Shown piece after piece: positions 62,275 through 64,000 of a DNA stretch of 64,000 nucleotides. The DNA lies in contig NC_057720.1 in assembly GCF_004010195.1 (NCBI RefSeq), forward strand, positions 20,993,943-21,057,942. The letters run 5' to 3'. This DNA comes from Chiloscyllium plagiosum. Taxonomy: Eukaryota. The position numbers were made by a program, and so were the translations under genes. Numbering within the stretch: the stretch's first letter is position 1; each line of letters opens with the position of its first letter. The notes beneath the pieces are model-generated. The model saw nothing but the letters and a program-made list of their open reading frames with translations. It did no database searches and was not told the origin of the DNA.

Positions 62275-63417
62275 AGAGTGTGGTGCTGGAAAAGCACAGA
62301 AGGTCAGGCAGCATCCGAGGAGCAGGAGAAGCAACGTTTCGGGCAAAAGCCCTTCATCCAGAGGCTTGTGAGCCAAGGAGGTGGAGAGATAAGTGGGAGG
62401 GGATTGGACTGGGGGAAAGGGAGCTGAAAGTGCAATAGGTGGATGGAGGTGGGATTAGTGGTGATAGGTTGGAGTGATAGGTCGGAGTGGATAGGTGGGA
62501 AGGAAGATGGACAGGTAGGACAGGTAATGAGGGCAGTGCCGAGTTGGAAGGTTGGATCTGGGATAAGGTGGGAGGTTGACCTGGGATAAGGTGGGGGGAG
62601 GGGAAATGAGGAAACTGGTGAAATCCACATTGATATCATGTGGTTGGAGGGTCCCAGGGCAGAAGGTGAGGCGTTCTTCCTCCAGGCATTGGGTGGTTAT
62701 GGTTGGTCGATGGAGGAGGCCCAGGATCTGAATGTCCTTGGCGAAGTGGGAGGAGGTGTTGAAGTGTTCGGCCACAAGGCGGTGGGGTTGTTTGGTGTGG
62801 GTGTCCCAGAGATGTTCTTTGAACCGCTCTGGAAGTAGCTGTCCTGTCTCCCCAACGTAGAGGAGACCGCATTGGGAGCAATGGATACAGTAAATGACAT
62901 GTGTGGAAGTGCAGTAAAACTCTGATGGATGTGGAAGGCTCCTTTGGGGCCTTGGATAGAGGTGAGGGGGAGATGTGGGTGCAGGTTTTTCAATTACTGT
63001 GGTGGCAGGAGAAGGTGCCAGGATGGGAAGGGTTGGTTGGTGGGGGGGCCGCGTGGACCTAACAAGAGAGTCATGGAGGAATGGTCTTTACAGAAAGCAG
63101 ATAGGGGTGGGGAGGAAAATATATCTCTGGTGGGGGGGTCTGTTTGCAGGTGGCGGAAATGGCAGAGGATGGTTCAATATACATGAAGGTTGGTGGGGTA
63201 GAAGGTGAGGACCAGGGGGGTTCCATCCTTGCTGCGGTTGGAAGGGTGGGGTGGGAGGGTGGAAGTGCAGGATGTGGATGAGATGTGCTGGAGGGCATCA
63301 TCGACCACGTTGGAGGGGAAATTGCAGTCTTCGAAGAAGGAGGCCATCGGGTGTGTTCTGTGGTGGAACTGGTCCTCCTGGGATCAGATGCAGCGGAGGC
63401 AGAGGAATTGGGAATAA
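62275..63417 (-). mobile_element. Penelope-like element 3' portion with terminal hammerhead-bearing repeat
   Basis: Minus strand CTSTHVIYCIHCSQCGLLYVG (GIY-YIG), AEHFN...CLEEERLTFCPGTLQPHDINVDF, then ctggatgaagggcttttgcccgaaacgtt at ~62333-62362. Confidence 0.85.
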
Positions 63418-64000
63418 GCCAAAACCAACACAAGGCCTGACCAGAACATTATTTCTGCCCCTGTTGTTGCTACTTCCACAGCCACTTCAGCCCCCAACGT
63501 CATCACCTACACCATTCATTCCACCACTTCTACCCCCGTAGCTGCCGCCGCCACAGCCACTTCCACCCCCACTGATGCCACTCACATGAACACCGCCGAC
63601 AGAACCACCTATGACACGAGTACAGTCACTTTGGCCCCCGCAGAGCCCACAGTCACCACCTCCACACCATCCCTACCCCCGACGCCTGGGGTGAGCATCA
63701 CATCCAAAAATGACATCACCCTTGGTCTCTCTACTCTCACTCCCATTCCCACTCCAGTTATAGTCTCCACCCCAACTCCCAGCTCCAGCCCTACACCATG
63801 TCCTAGCTCCCAGTCCTGCCAGGTTTTCACCATCCCCCCCCCGACCTCCCCCTTCACTGAGAATGAATGATCAGTCCTCAGCAAAGACCTTACCTTACCC
63901 ACTGCTCCCAAATCAATGAATTCAGCACACGTCGAGACATCAAACACTTCTTCCTCCGCCTCCACCTTTGAGCTTATTTTTTCCATCAAGACTCCTGCCC
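63418..64000 (+). mobile_element. Penelope-like element 5' portion in inverted orientation (continues past the window)
   Basis: Thr/Pro-rich low-complexity stretch, then VFTIPP..LP.TENE*SVLSK.LT...INEFSTRRDIKHFF, resembling the PLE ORF N-terminal LS..E..VLSKGL.F motif. Confidence 0.7.

Noticed and set aside
63420..63870. Thr/Pro/Ser-rich mucin-like ORF
   Set aside because: It runs directly into the Penelope ORF N-terminal motif and has no splice or signal features; treated as PLE low-complexity sequence.
42000..64000. Search for ARHGAP6 or other host exons downstream of HCCS
   Set aside because: No recognisable coding exon on either strand; short exons could have been missed.

Overview
This is vertebrate nuclear DNA, very probably from a shark or ray. 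That call is an inference from the HE1/V-SINE-like SINEs, DeuSINE (SacSINE1-like) SINEs and abundant CR1-type LINEs. It comes from a draft assembly, with an N gap at 26355-26830. Two host genes lie on the + strand: the last coding exon of a TLCD4/TMEM56-like gene (9410-9725), and a complete HCCS (holocytochrome c synthase) gene. HCCS has a CpG-island promoter and probable non-coding exon 1 at ~19.5 kb, then six GT-AG coding exons from 31032 to 40983 (822 nt, 273 aa); most of these exons are missed by the ORF track. The rest is mostly transposon debris: nested CR1/L2-type LINEs, at least four SINE families, solo LTRs, a TA-flanked Tc1/pogo-type MITE and Penelope-like elements (PLEs). The main second-look items are: (i) a decayed endogenous retrovirus on the - strand (LTR, tRNA-Ser-type primer binding site, gag with major homology region and CCHC knuckle, 55874-57734); (ii) a dispersed set of short PLE-derived units carrying minimal hammerhead-ribozyme cores (CTGA[T/A]GA...GAAA), several as fold-back inverted pairs and one in sense just upstream of the TLCD4 splice acceptor; (iii) a PLE with twin-priming-like inversion geometry; (iv) a near-perfect 590-bp inverted duplication at the window start, possibly an artefact; (v) a LINE fragment in the HCCS CpG island whose substitutions are skewed AT->GC. 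No prokaryotic systems or CRISPR arrays were seen. Repeat boundaries are manual estimates, good to roughly +/-20 bp unless termini are quoted.
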